A stretch of 35,571 nt of DNA from Rhodothermales bacterium (GTDB lineage Bacteria; Bacteroidota; Rhodothermia; Rhodothermales; BA12), in NCBI GenBank assembly GCA_014879465.1, contig JACSSA010000077.1, forward strand, positions 1-35,571, read 5' to 3'. Below, piece after piece: positions 9,099-17,623 of the stretch (position 1 is the stretch's first letter; each line of letters opens with the position of its first letter). The notes beneath the pieces were generated by a model. It searched no databases, was not told the DNA's origin, and worked only from the letters and a program-made list of their open reading frames with translations. The position numbers were made by a program, and so were the translations under genes.

Positions 9099-10016
9099 AT
9101 GACGTTTGTCCTTCCGCTTGCCCACGGCCGTGCGCCGCTCAACGCCACACCGATGACCGTCGCGCCCGGCGGGCCGCTCGTCCGCGTTGGCGCTCTCGTC
9201 ATGGGGATTCTCAACCTCACGCCCGATTCGTTCTCCGACGGCGGCCAACTGGTCACGGTGGACGACGTGCTCCGCCGCGCCGAGCAGATGCTCGAAGACG
9301 GCGCGGCGATGCTCGATCTCGGCGGCGAGTCCACCCGTCCGCGCGGCACGGCCTACGGCGCGGGCGCGGCGGCGGTAGACGTGGACGAAGAGATCCGGCG
9401 CGTCGTCCCAGCGGTCGAGGCCATCGTGCAGCGGTTTCCAGAGGCGATCCTGTCGGTGGACACCTACAAGCCCGCCGTGGCTCGCGCCGCGTTGGAGGCC
9501 GGGGCGCACCTCGTCAACGACGTGACCGGGCTGCGGCTCTTTCCGGAGATGGCCGCCGTGTGCGCCGCCGCCGGGGCGTCCGTGATCGCGATGCACTCAA
9601 CCGGCGTGCCGGGGCAGATGCCGCATGTGGCTCCGGCCAGCGACATCGTGCAGACCGTCGGCGACGCGCTCGAAGCCGCCGTGGCCGCTGCCGAGGCGGC
9701 GGGCGTGCCGGGCGTGGCCGTCGATCCGGGCTTTGGCTTCGGCAAGACGCCCGACGACAACCTCCGGCTCATCCAAGCCACGCGTTCGTTCGTCGAGCGC
9801 TTTCGGCGGCCCGTCGTCGTAGCCGTCTCGCGCAAAGCGACGGTGGGCATCGTGCTCGGATCGTCCGATGCGCCTGCGCCGGTGGACGAACGGCTGTTCG
9901 GCAGCGTCGGCCTCGCGCTCGCCGCCGTGGCGGGCGGCGCGTCCATCGTCCGCACCCACGACGTCCGCCCCACCGTCGAGGCGCTCCGGGCGTTCGCGGC
10001 AGGCTGGGGCGGATGA
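9099..10016 (+). CDS. folP: Dihydropteroate synthase
   Basis: MGILNLTPDSFSDGG ... DLGGESTRPRG ... VNDVTG ... MHSTG motifs. The start could alternatively be the internal M at 9153 or 9201. Confidence 0.85.
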   Translation: MTFVLPLAHGRAPLNATPMTVAPGGPLVRVGALVMGILNLTPDSFSDGGQLVTVDDVLRRAEQMLEDGAAMLDLGGESTRPRGTAYGAGAAAVDVDEEIRRVVPAVEAIVQRFPEAILSVDTYKPAVARAALEAGAHLVNDVTGLRLFPEMAAVCAAAGASVIAMHSTGVPGQMPHVAPASDIVQTVGDALEAAVAAAEAAGVPGVAVDPGFGFGKTPDDNLRLIQATRSFVERFRRPVVVAVSRKATVGIVLGSSDAPAPVDERLFGSVGLALAAVAGGASIVRTHDVRPTVEALRAFAAGWGG

Positions 10017-10050
10017 GACCTATCTTGCCCTGTCTTTCTTACGCCCGGTT

Positions 10051-10854
10051 TTGGACGCGCTTCGCTGGCTGCTCGCTCAGGTTCGGATCCTCGACGTGGT
10101 CGAGGTGGCGTTCGTGGCGTGGCTGCTCTACCGCCTCTACCGGCTGATGCAGGGCACCATCGCCGTGCAGATCTTCTTCGGCATCCTCGCGCTGCTCGGC
10201 ATTCAGGCCATCGTGACGGCCCTTGACCTGACGATCCTCAGCGCCTTCTTCGATGCCTTCTCCAGCATCTTCGCCATCGCGCTCGTCATCCTGTTCCAAC
10301 CCGAACTGCGGCGGCTGCTGCTGATCGTCGGGCAAAACCCGCTCATCCGGCGCATTGTCTCGAACGTGCAAGCGAGCCGCACCGACACCGTCGACCTGCT
10401 CGCCGACGCGACGCTGACGATGGCGCGCAAGCGGATGGGGGCGCTGATTGCCGTGGAGCGCACCGCCGGGCTTCGGCAGTACATCGAAACCGGCACGCGC
10501 CTCAACGCCCACCTCGACGCCGACCTGCTCGTCACCATCTTCTACGGCCAAAACCCGCTCCACGACGGTGCGGTGATTGTGCGTGGCGACGTGATCGAGG
10601 CCGCCCGCTGCATCTTGCCCGTGACCCAGCAAGACCTCGATCCGCATCTTGGCCTGCGCCACCGTGCGGCCGTAGGCCTGACCGAACAAACCGATGCCGT
10701 ATGCCTCGTGGTGTCGGAAGAAACCGGTGCGGTGTCGGTGGCGGTCGGCGGTGTGCTCACACGATTTTCCGGCGGCGACGGCTTTCGTCGGTATTTGGGC
10801 GATGTGATGGGCACACGGCTTGAACCGGCGGAAACGGTGGCGGTTGAAGGGTAA
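10051..10854 (+). CDS. cdaA: Diadenylate cyclase (c-di-AMP synthase), three N-terminal TM helices plus a DAC/DisA_N domain
   Basis: DAC-domain motifs GALIAVERTAGL, GQNPLHDGAVIVRGD and RHRAAVGLTEQTDAVCLVVSEETGAVSVA. There is no in-frame ATG. TTG 10051 is proposed by alignment to the CdaA N-terminus (RILDVVEVAFVAWLLYRLYRLMQGTIAVQ). The start is uncertain by a few codons. Confidence 0.75.
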   Translation: MDALRWLLAQVRILDVVEVAFVAWLLYRLYRLMQGTIAVQIFFGILALLGIQAIVTALDLTILSAFFDAFSSIFAIALVILFQPELRRLLLIVGQNPLIRRIVSNVQASRTDTVDLLADATLTMARKRMGALIAVERTAGLRQYIETGTRLNAHLDADLLVTIFYGQNPLHDGAVIVRGDVIEAARCILPVTQQDLDPHLGLRHRAAVGLTEQTDAVCLVVSEETGAVSVAVGGVLTRFSGGDGFRRYLGDVMGTRLEPAETVAVEG

Positions 10855-10928
10855 AGCGGAGCTGCCGGCTTCGGCCGGTTGTGCGTTCAGCCCTCGGCCT
10901 TCTCTTTATCTCTTTTCTTGCCTTCCCG

Positions 10929-11603
10929 ATGCTTGCTCGCCTGGCGCTTCCCGACGAACGCGGCTACGACCGCCGCCGCGCGGCCCTCGTGGAGGCCCTG
11001 CGCACGAAGGGCATCGTGGACGAACGGGTGCTGGACGCCGTTCATCGTGTTCCGCGCCACCTGTTCGTCTGGGACAGTCAGCGCCACCTCGCCTACCACG
11101 ACGTCGCGCTGCCCATCGGCCACGGCCAGACGATCTCGCAGCCGTTCACGGTGGCCGTCCAAACGGCGCTGCTCGACCTTGCGCCCGGCGACCGCGTGCT
11201 GGAAATCGGCACCGGCAGCGGCTACCAAGCCGCCGTGCTCGCCGAACTCGGCGCGCGCGTCTACTCGGTAGAACGCCACGCCGACCTGCTCGCCCCCACC
11301 GAGGCGCTGCTTCAAACCCTCGGCTACCGCATCAAAACGAAGGCCGGCGACGGCTCGCTCGGCTGGCCCGAATACGCGCCCTTCGACGCCATCGTCGTCA
11401 CCGCCGGAGCCGTCGGCATTCCCGATGCTCTGCGCCGCCAGCTCGTCACGCCCATCTCGGGCGTCCGGCGGGGCGGGCGGCTCGTCATTCCCGTCGGCGA
11501 CGCCAGCGGCCAGACGATGCGTCGGCTCGTTCGTACCGGTGCGGATACCTTCGACGACGAAGCCTACGGCGATTTTCGTTTCGTGCCGTTTGTGCAAGGG
11601 TAG
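10929..11603 (+). CDS. pcm: Protein-L-isoaspartate O-methyltransferase
   Basis: VPRHLFV ... LPIGHGQTISQPFTVA ... VLEIGTGSGYQAAVLAEL are PIMT motifs. ATG at 10929. An upstream in-frame GTG at 10881 is possible. Confidence 0.85.
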   Translation: MLARLALPDERGYDRRRAALVEALRTKGIVDERVLDAVHRVPRHLFVWDSQRHLAYHDVALPIGHGQTISQPFTVAVQTALLDLAPGDRVLEIGTGSGYQAAVLAELGARVYSVERHADLLAPTEALLQTLGYRIKTKAGDGSLGWPEYAPFDAIVVTAGAVGIPDALRRQLVTPISGVRRGGRLVIPVGDASGQTMRRLVRTGADTFDDEAYGDFRFVPFVQG

Positions 11604-11668
11604 GCGACAGGCACGGGCGAAACTCCCTCCCGAGGCTTTTCGTACGCCCCACGCGTTACCGCCTGTCT

Positions 11669-12367
11669 ATGAAACGCCTACGTCCGGTCGGTGCGCCGCG
11701 CACGCTGTTTGTCGCTACCCTTGGTGGCCTGCTTGCAGGTATGGCCCTTCCCGCCTGCCGCCCATCTGAACCCGCGCTCTCCGACGAAAAGGGCATTCGA
11801 ACCGTCGTGACCGAGGTGGAGCCGGGGCGCTATGTGATCGAAGACGAGCAGGTGGTGGATACGCTCACGTCGGTGGTGGTGCGCAACCTCGACGGCACCA
11901 CGCGTCGCATCGACGACCCCGCTCAGTTTGCCTCGTTGCTCGCTCCGCCCGACAGCATCGCCGCGTTTCAGGTCCGCGCTGCGGCAGATTCCATGCGCGG
12001 CGGCGGCGCGTCGTGGGATGCGCCGCCCGCCACCGACGAGCAGGCTCGCTCGGGCCACACGGTGCACCGGGGCGGGATGCCGCTGGGAACGTTGCTCTTC
12101 TACACCCTCGCCATGAACGCGTGGCGGCCTGCCGTCTACCGTCCCATGGCCGGATACAGCGCTCCGCTGGTTGCCTACCGCTCCGGGGCCGTCCGCGACG
12201 AATCCCGCAGCAGCGGCTCGGTCTACGCGTCGTACGTCCGGTCGGGGCGTGCGGCAGGCGGCTACGACGATGCCGTCGCGCGGTCGTCGGCGCGGTCTCG
12301 CGCCAACCGTCCGTCGGGCGGTCGCTCCGGCTACGGTCGCTCCACATGGGGCCGTGGAGGCGGCTAA
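11669..12367 (+). CDS. Hypothetical lipoprotein with a Gly/Arg/Ser-rich C-terminal tail; possibly YgiB/YjfM (DUF1190)-like
   Basis: MKRLRPVGAPRTLFVATLGGLLAGMALPAC is signal plus lipobox. Codon usage is genome-like (high GC3). The C-terminus is GRSGYGRSTWGRGGG. The resemblance to the E. coli ygiB product (a lipoprotein encoded upstream of the ygiC GspS homologue) is from memory only, through an internal MAGY-containing hydrophobic segment, and is not verified. Confidence 0.5.
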   Translation: MKRLRPVGAPRTLFVATLGGLLAGMALPACRPSEPALSDEKGIRTVVTEVEPGRYVIEDEQVVDTLTSVVVRNLDGTTRRIDDPAQFASLLAPPDSIAAFQVRAAADSMRGGGASWDAPPATDEQARSGHTVHRGGMPLGTLLFYTLAMNAWRPAVYRPMAGYSAPLVAYRSGAVRDESRSSGSVYASYVRSGRAAGGYDDAVARSSARSRANRPSGGRSGYGRSTWGRGGG

Positions 12368-12371
12368 CGGT

Positions 12372-12593
12372 ATGCTCGATAGCGTCGGCCTTCTAAGCGT
12401 TTCGGTGTGGGCGGACGTGCAGGCGCGGTGGCCGGAGATGGCCGCTGCCGCCGAGGCGCAGGAAGCGGTTTTTCCTGCCGGAAGCTGCGACGCTGCCCGC
12501 GCTGCCGCCGTCGAACGTCTCGTCCAAACCTTTCCCAGCCTGTCCGTAGCTGCTGCCCGTCACGTCGTGGCGCTCGTGTCGGCGGCGGCGTAA
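12372..12593 (+). CDS. Small Ala-rich hypothetical protein (73 aa), 32 nt upstream of the ATP-grasp gene; coding status uncertain
   Basis: ATG at 12372 lies 5 nt after the lipoprotein stop. Product ends ...LVSAAA. GC3 is ~74%, lower than neighbouring genes at ~85-90%, so it may be non-coding. Confidence 0.22.
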   Translation: MLDSVGLLSVSVWADVQARWPEMAAAAEAQEAVFPAGSCDAARAAAVERLVQTFPSLSVAAARHVVALVSAAA

Positions 12594-12625
12594 CAGGGTG
12601 CCCGCCGGTCTTCCTTTCTGTTCCT

Positions 12626-13810
12626 GTGATCCCCGCTCCGATTCAGCTGCGCGACCTCTGGCCGCTTGCCCCCGACCATCTCGACGCCGCCGGGTGGGGC
12701 TGGCTCTACCGCGAAGCCGGGGCCGGGTACGTCGCGCCCGAGGCCGTTCGCGTGCGCGAAGAGGACGCCGATGCTCTGGCCGAGGCCGCCGACGTGCTCT
12801 ACGACCTGCTCGTGGAAACGCTCAACGACGTGATCGCCGCCGACCGTCTTGCCGCGCTCGGCCTGCCCGAACGCATCCACCGCCTCGTGCGCCACACGTG
12901 GGAAGACGACCGCCACTGGCATGTGCTCTCCCGCTTCGACCTCTCGGGCGGCCTCGACGCGACCGCGCCCAAGCTGCTCGAACTCAACGCCGACACGCCG
13001 ACGATGCTGCCGGAAACGTCCATCGTCCAATGGGCGCTCTTGAAGGCCAACCGCCTCGACGAGGCGGCGCAGTTCAACCTCGTCTACGAACGGCTCGTGG
13101 ACGCCCTGCGCCACTGGCGCGGCCTCTGGCCCGATCACGCCCCGCATCTCGCCGCCGTCTACGCCGCCGCCTCCGACGAAGACGCCGCCAACGCGCAGGT
13201 GGTGGCCGAAGCCGCCCGCGAAGCCGGGTTCACCGTCGCCCACGCCCTTCCCATTGATGCGCTCACCGTCTCGCCCGGCGAGGGCGTGTTTGTCGAACAC
13301 GACGGCGCGTGGACCCGCCTCGATTTCGTCTACAAGTTTGTCCCGTGGGAATGGATCGTGGACGACGAGCCGGAACTGTTCGGCCTGCTCGAAGCGCTAA
13401 TCCTTGATGACCTTGTGACCGTGGCCAACCCGCCGTATGCGCTGGCGCTGCAATCCAAGGCGCTCCTCGCCGACGCGTGGGAACGGATGCCCGGCCACCC
13501 GTACCTGCTGGAGGCCCATCGCACGCCGTTTGCCTCGCCCGAAGGCACGGTGGAAAAGGTGATTCTGGGGCGCGAAGGGGCCAACGTGCGCATCATCGCC
13601 CCCGACGGGCAGGTGCTTGCGGATGTCGACGGCACCTACGCCGATCAGCCGCGCATCTGGCAGGCCTACCATCCGCTCCCGCAGGACGCGCAGGGCCGGT
13701 CCTACCAAGCGGGCGTGTTCTTCTCCGGCGAAGCGTCGGGGTTGGGCATTCGGCGCGGCAGCCTCGTGCTCGACAACGGCGCCGAGTTCGTGGCCCATCT
13801 TGTGGAGTAA
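12626..13810 (+). CDS. Glutathionylspermidine synthetase-like ATP-grasp ligase (YgiC/YjfC-type, synthetase domain only, no CHAP amidase)
   Basis: GTG start at 12626, ~394 aa. Motifs LELNADTPT, DFVYKFVPWEWI, ANPPYALALQSKALLA, REGANVRI and QAYHPLP are characteristic of the GspS pre-ATP-grasp/ATP-grasp family (PF03738-like). Recognised by motif, not by search. Confidence 0.75.
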   Translation: MIPAPIQLRDLWPLAPDHLDAAGWGWLYREAGAGYVAPEAVRVREEDADALAEAADVLYDLLVETLNDVIAADRLAALGLPERIHRLVRHTWEDDRHWHVLSRFDLSGGLDATAPKLLELNADTPTMLPETSIVQWALLKANRLDEAAQFNLVYERLVDALRHWRGLWPDHAPHLAAVYAAASDEDAANAQVVAEAAREAGFTVAHALPIDALTVSPGEGVFVEHDGAWTRLDFVYKFVPWEWIVDDEPELFGLLEALILDDLVTVANPPYALALQSKALLADAWERMPGHPYLLEAHRTPFASPEGTVEKVILGREGANVRIIAPDGQVLADVDGTYADQPRIWQAYHPLPQDAQGRSYQAGVFFSGEASGLGIRRGSLVLDNGAEFVAHLVE

Positions 13811-13872
13811 GTTGGAGGCGGGCGCTCGGCCTGCCGCCGTCGCCCGTTGCTCTCCGCCCGTCCCCCTCTGCT

Positions 13873-14520
13873 ATGCTCACGCTCTACTGGGTTGCGTTCC
13901 TCGTTGGCGGTACGCTCGTTGCCCTCTCGCTCTTTGGCGGCCACGATGCTTCCGGGGGCGACGCCGGCTTTGACGCAGGGGGGCACGATGTGGCGCACGA
14001 CGCGCCGGCGGTGCTCGTGGACGGCGGCGAAGTTGAGGCCGAGGGCGTCGGGTTCTCGGACGTGCTGTCGCTGCGGTTTGTTTTCCTCTTCGCCGCCTTC
14101 TTCGGCCTCACCGGGCTGCTGATGCGGTTTGCCGCAGGCGTGGTGGAGCCGCTCGCCGGGGTAATCGCGCTCGTGATGGGCGTGCTCATCGGGCTGTTCG
14201 GCAACGTGTTCATCCGGCGCGTGGGGCAGGCCGAGGTGTCGAGCGCGGCGCAGCAGACGGACTTCGAGGGGAAGACGGCGCGGGTGGTGCTGCCGTTCGG
14301 CGGGGCCGACCGCGGCTCGATCACGCTCGTCTCCAAAGGCCAGCGGTATGTGCTTCCCGCCCGCGCCTTCGGCGGCGTCGAGCGCTACGACCGGGGCGAG
14401 GATGTGGTGGTGGTGCGCCTCGACGGACGCGTGGCCGAGGTGCTGCGCGTGGGCGGCTCACCGGCGGACGACGAGACGCTGCCGACGTCCGCGCCGCCGG
14501 CCCGTCTGGTGTCGGCCTGA
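13873..14520 (+). CDS. NfeD-like membrane protein (short form: N-terminal TM helices plus C-terminal OB-fold), YqiJ/YuaF-like
   Basis: Hydrophobic N-terminus LYWVAFLVGGTLVALSLFG, a second hydrophobic block, and a C-terminal beta-rich segment GKTARVVLPFGGADRGSITLVSKGQRYVLPARA typical of the NfeD OB-fold. It sits immediately upstream of a flotillin gene, the canonical NfeD-SPFH pairing. Confidence 0.7.
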   Translation: MLTLYWVAFLVGGTLVALSLFGGHDASGGDAGFDAGGHDVAHDAPAVLVDGGEVEAEGVGFSDVLSLRFVFLFAAFFGLTGLLMRFAAGVVEPLAGVIALVMGVLIGLFGNVFIRRVGQAEVSSAAQQTDFEGKTARVVLPFGGADRGSITLVSKGQRYVLPARAFGGVERYDRGEDVVVVRLDGRVAEVLRVGGSPADDETLPTSAPPARLVSA

Positions 14521-14626
14521 GGCACGGGTTCGGGCGCGTGGCGCGGCGCGGGCGATCCGCCGAAGCGGTTCTTCCGGGCGGTTCTGCCGGGGCGTCGTAT
14601 CTTGCTTCATTCGACCTTCGCGCGCT

Positions 14627-15922
14627 ATGCCCGTCCTCATCCTCGCGGCCATTATCCTGCTGGCCATCTTCGTCGTGCTCGGCCTCATCAAGGCCAATTT
14701 GCATGTGGCCGCGCCCAACGAGGTGCTCATCTTCTCCGGCAAGAAGCGGACGCTCCCCGACGGCTCGTCGGTCGGCTACCGCGTCATCAAAGGCGGACGA
14801 GGCTTCCGCATTCCGATCATCGAACGGGTGGATCGGCTCGACCTCACGACCGTCCCGATTGACCTGACGGTGTCCAACGCCTATTCCAAGGGCGGCATCC
14901 CGCTGCAAGTCCGCGCCATCGCCAACGTGAAGGTGGCGGCGACCGAGCCGGAGCTGAACAACGCGGTGGAGCGGCTGCTCGGCAAGAGCCGCGAGGAGGT
15001 GATGATGATCGCCAAGGAGACGCTGGAGGGCAACCTGCGCGGCGTGCTGGCGCTGCTCACGCCCGAAGAGGTGAACGAAGACCGCCTCAAGTTCGCCAAG
15101 GAACTGCTCGAAGAGGCCGACCAAGACCTCTCCGCCCTCGGCCTGCACCTCGACACGCTCAAGATCCAGTCGATGGACGACGACCGGGGCTACCTCAACG
15201 CCATCGGGCGGCAGCAGACGGCGCAGGTCATCGCCGCCGCCGAGGTCGTGGAGGCCGAGCGGATGGAGCAGGCGCGGACGGCGCAAGCCCGGGCCAACAA
15301 GGCCATCGCCGAGGCCGAAAACGAGGTGCGCATCACCAAGGCACAGCTTTCTGCCCAGTCGGAGTCGGCCGAGGCGCGGGCGTCGGTGGCGGCGCAGCTC
15401 GCGCAGGCCGAAGCCGAGCAAGCGCTGGCCGAACAGCAGATCGCCCTTGCCGAAAAACGGCAACGCGCCGACATCGTGGTGCGTGCCGAAGCCGAGCGTG
15501 TGGCGTCGGAGGAGCGGGCCAAGGGCGAGGCGGCCCGGGTGTACGAGCAGGGCAAGGCGGAGGTCGAGATTCTGCGGCAGAAACTGACGCTGTGGCAGGA
15601 CGCCGGCCCGGAAGCCGAGCGCCTCTTCCTCCTGCAGATGCTGCCCGACATCATGCGCGAGGTGCTCAAGACCGTGGAGGGCGTCAAGATCGACAAGCTG
15701 ACCGTGGTGGACAGCGGCTCCGGCACGGGGGGCGTTCCGGCGGTGCTGCACCAGATTGCCGGGGCCACGCCCGCGCTGCTCGAAAGCCTGAAAGCCTCGA
15801 CGGGCATCGACGTGGCGGCGCTGCTCCAAGGCCGGGCCATGCCGCCCTCGGCAGAACGCGGGCTGGCCGATACGCCCGTGGTGGTGGTGAAGAAGGACGA
15901 CGCCCCGCCCAAGCTGAAATGA
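14627..15922 (+). CDS. Flotillin-like SPFH/band-7 protein (YqiK/FloT-like)
   Basis: N-terminal TM MPVLILAAIILLAIFVVLGLI. SPFH domain PNEVLIFSGKK...RVIKGGRGFRIPIIERVDRLDLTTVPIDL. Long Ala/Glu/Gln-rich coiled-coil flotillin region (EAENEVRITKAQLSAQSESAEARASVAAQLAQAEAEQALAEQQIALAEKRQRADIV). Confidence 0.85.
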   Translation: MPVLILAAIILLAIFVVLGLIKANLHVAAPNEVLIFSGKKRTLPDGSSVGYRVIKGGRGFRIPIIERVDRLDLTTVPIDLTVSNAYSKGGIPLQVRAIANVKVAATEPELNNAVERLLGKSREEVMMIAKETLEGNLRGVLALLTPEEVNEDRLKFAKELLEEADQDLSALGLHLDTLKIQSMDDDRGYLNAIGRQQTAQVIAAAEVVEAERMEQARTAQARANKAIAEAENEVRITKAQLSAQSESAEARASVAAQLAQAEAEQALAEQQIALAEKRQRADIVVRAEAERVASEERAKGEAARVYEQGKAEVEILRQKLTLWQDAGPEAERLFLLQMLPDIMREVLKTVEGVKIDKLTVVDSGSGTGGVPAVLHQIAGATPALLESLKASTGIDVAALLQGRAMPPSAERGLADTPVVVVKKDDAPPKLK

Positions 15923-16566
15923 TAGGGCTTGGGACCTTGTGCTGCCGCAGCAGCCTTTTGCTCGCCGCCGTCGGGATGGCCGCGTGCCGCCCGCACGCCC
16001 GCACGCCGCCCGACCCGGTGGATCCGGACACGATCTGGAGCCGGGCGGAGGATTTCGCGCCCTACCTGCACCCGCGCCCCTCCGACTCGTCGCGCATCGA
16101 CACGGCGTGGGGGTGGACCCTCAGCCCCATCATTACCCCCGCTCCAACGCCGCCTCCACGCGCCGTCCTGCGCGAGGTCCGAACCTTCACCTTCGACGGG
16201 TTCGACCGCACCGTCTTCGAATACACCTTCGGCGACCCTGTGCCCGGCGTGTTCGCGAGCTACCGTGCTGCGCCGCGCCGCTGCTCCGACGCCGTGCCTG
16301 CAGACGTGCGGGCCACGGACACGCTGGTCGTGGTTGCCACCACCGCCCAGCAGTTCGATCCGGACAACGCCGCGCGCTCCTCGGTGCTCTTCACCGACCG
16401 CAGCGTGGACGCGCCCGCGCTGCGGAGCGTGATCATGGGGTGCGGGGGCGTGACCAACCAAGTGGCGTGGGCGCTCGGCGTGGACGGGCGTCAGCCGTTC
16501 CGCGTGTTCACGCTCGAAGATCCCGTGCGCGTGGTTGTGGACGTGCGCCATCCTCGTCAACCGTAG
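15919..16566 (+). CDS. Hypothetical lipoprotein, Pro-rich N-terminal region, C-terminal beta domain (AMIN/GerMN-like end motif FRVFTLEDPVRVVVDV)
   Basis: The ATG overlaps the flotillin stop (ATGA at 15919-15922). The signal LLLAAVGMAAC is a lipobox. The domain assignment is an inference from the C-terminal motif only. Confidence 0.55.
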   Translation: MIGLGTLCCRSSLLLAAVGMAACRPHARTPPDPVDPDTIWSRAEDFAPYLHPRPSDSSRIDTAWGWTLSPIITPAPTPPPRAVLREVRTFTFDGFDRTVFEYTFGDPVPGVFASYRAAPRRCSDAVPADVRATDTLVVVATTAQQFDPDNAARSSVLFTDRSVDAPALRSVIMGCGGVTNQVAWALGVDGRQPFRVFTLEDPVRVVVDVRHPRQP

Positions 16567-16579
16567 TCCTCTTTCTGCT

Positions 16580-16882
16580 ATGCCGTTTGGACGTTCGTGG
16601 GACGACTGGATTGCCGACTACGGCAAGAGCCACCGACATCCCGTCAACCGCCTCACCCACACCTTCGGCATCCCGATGATCGCCGTGTCGATCCCGCTGG
16701 GCGTCGCGTCCATCTGGCTGCCTGTTCTCCGGGGATGGGCGCTCGCGCTGTTCGGCGTCGGCTGGGCGCTGCAATTCCTCGGCCACGCCGTCGAGGGCAA
16801 GCCGCCGGAGTTTTTCAAGGACTGGCGCTACCTGTTCGTGGGCCTGCGCTGGTGGGCGGCCAAAGTCTCCGGCAAGGCATGA
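16580..16882 (+). CDS. DUF962 (Mpo1/YGL010w-like) small membrane protein
   Basis: HRHPVNRLTHTFGIPMIAVSIPLG ... FLGHAVEGKPPEF is the His-rich signature of the DUF962 family. 100 aa. Confidence 0.6.
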   Translation: MPFGRSWDDWIADYGKSHRHPVNRLTHTFGIPMIAVSIPLGVASIWLPVLRGWALALFGVGWALQFLGHAVEGKPPEFFKDWRYLFVGLRWWAAKVSGKA

Positions 16883-17595
16883 CAACCGCCTCCGACCTGC
16901 TCGCCGCGCTCCACGCCCGCGCCAACCCGAAGCGGGCCGATGCGCTGCAAGGCTTTTTCCAGACCGGCCCCGGGCAGTACGGCGAGGGCGATCGCTTCCT
17001 CGGCCTGCGCGTTCCCGACGTAAGGGCGGTGGCGAAGGAGGCGAAGGCGTTGACACTCGCCGACGTCGAAGCGCTGCTGGATTCCGAATGGCACGAGGCG
17101 CGGCTGGCGGCGCTCGCCGTGATGGTGAACCGCTTTCCCAAGGCAGGCCAGGCAGACCGGGAGGCGATGGTTGCGCTCTATCTGAGACGAACCGACCGTA
17201 TCAACAACTGGGATCTCGTGGACGTGTCGGCGCCGCACATCGTGGGGACGTACCTGCTCGACCGCGACGACGCCCTCGACGTGCTCGAACGCCTCGCCGC
17301 GTCGGAGAACCTGTGGGAGCGGCGCATCGCGGCGGTGGCCACGTTCGCGTTCATCCGCCAGCGCGACGTCGTGCCGACGCTCGTGGTGGCCGAGCGTTTG
17401 GTGAACGACCGCCACGACCTCATTCACAAAGCCGTCGGGTGGATGCTGCGCGAAGCCGCGCTGCGCGAATCGGCCCCGGTGGAGGCGTTTTTGGATCGCC
17501 ACGCTGCCACGATGCCGCGCACGATGCTGCGCTACACGCTCGAACGGTTTCCCGACCCGCTGCGCCGCCGTTACATGACGATGCGGGTGTCGTAG
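16879..17595 (+). CDS. DNA alkylation repair enzyme, AlkD/AlkC-like HEAT-repeat DNA glycosylase family
   Basis: The ATG overlaps the preceding stop (ATGA). The N-terminal motif LHARANPKRADALQGFFQTGPGQYGEGDRFLGLRVPDVRAVAKE and ~238-aa all-helical repeats match the AlkD-like family. Confidence 0.7.
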   Translation: MTTASDLLAALHARANPKRADALQGFFQTGPGQYGEGDRFLGLRVPDVRAVAKEAKALTLADVEALLDSEWHEARLAALAVMVNRFPKAGQADREAMVALYLRRTDRINNWDLVDVSAPHIVGTYLLDRDDALDVLERLAASENLWERRIAAVATFAFIRQRDVVPTLVVAERLVNDRHDLIHKAVGWMLREAALRESAPVEAFLDRHAATMPRTMLRYTLERFPDPLRRRYMTMRVS

Positions 17596-17623
17596 GTTAG
17601 AGGCAACCCTGCTGCAAAGACCC

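Noticed and set aside
10013-10147. ATG at 10013 (MRPILPC...) as the cdaA start
   Set aside because: It is in a different frame from the DAC domain and would terminate at 10147. The cdaA frame has no ATG, so TTG 10051 is used.
10820-11668. N-terminal ~280 aa of the 515-aa ORF 10820..12367
   Set aside because: This part overlaps pcm in a different frame and is an Arg/Pro-rich artefact. Only the portion from the lipoprotein start (ATG 11669, signal peptide plus lipobox) is kept.
14321-15829. 502-aa ORF on the minus strand
   Set aside because: It is antisense to the flotillin gene, with no motifs and Arg/Gly/His-rich composition.
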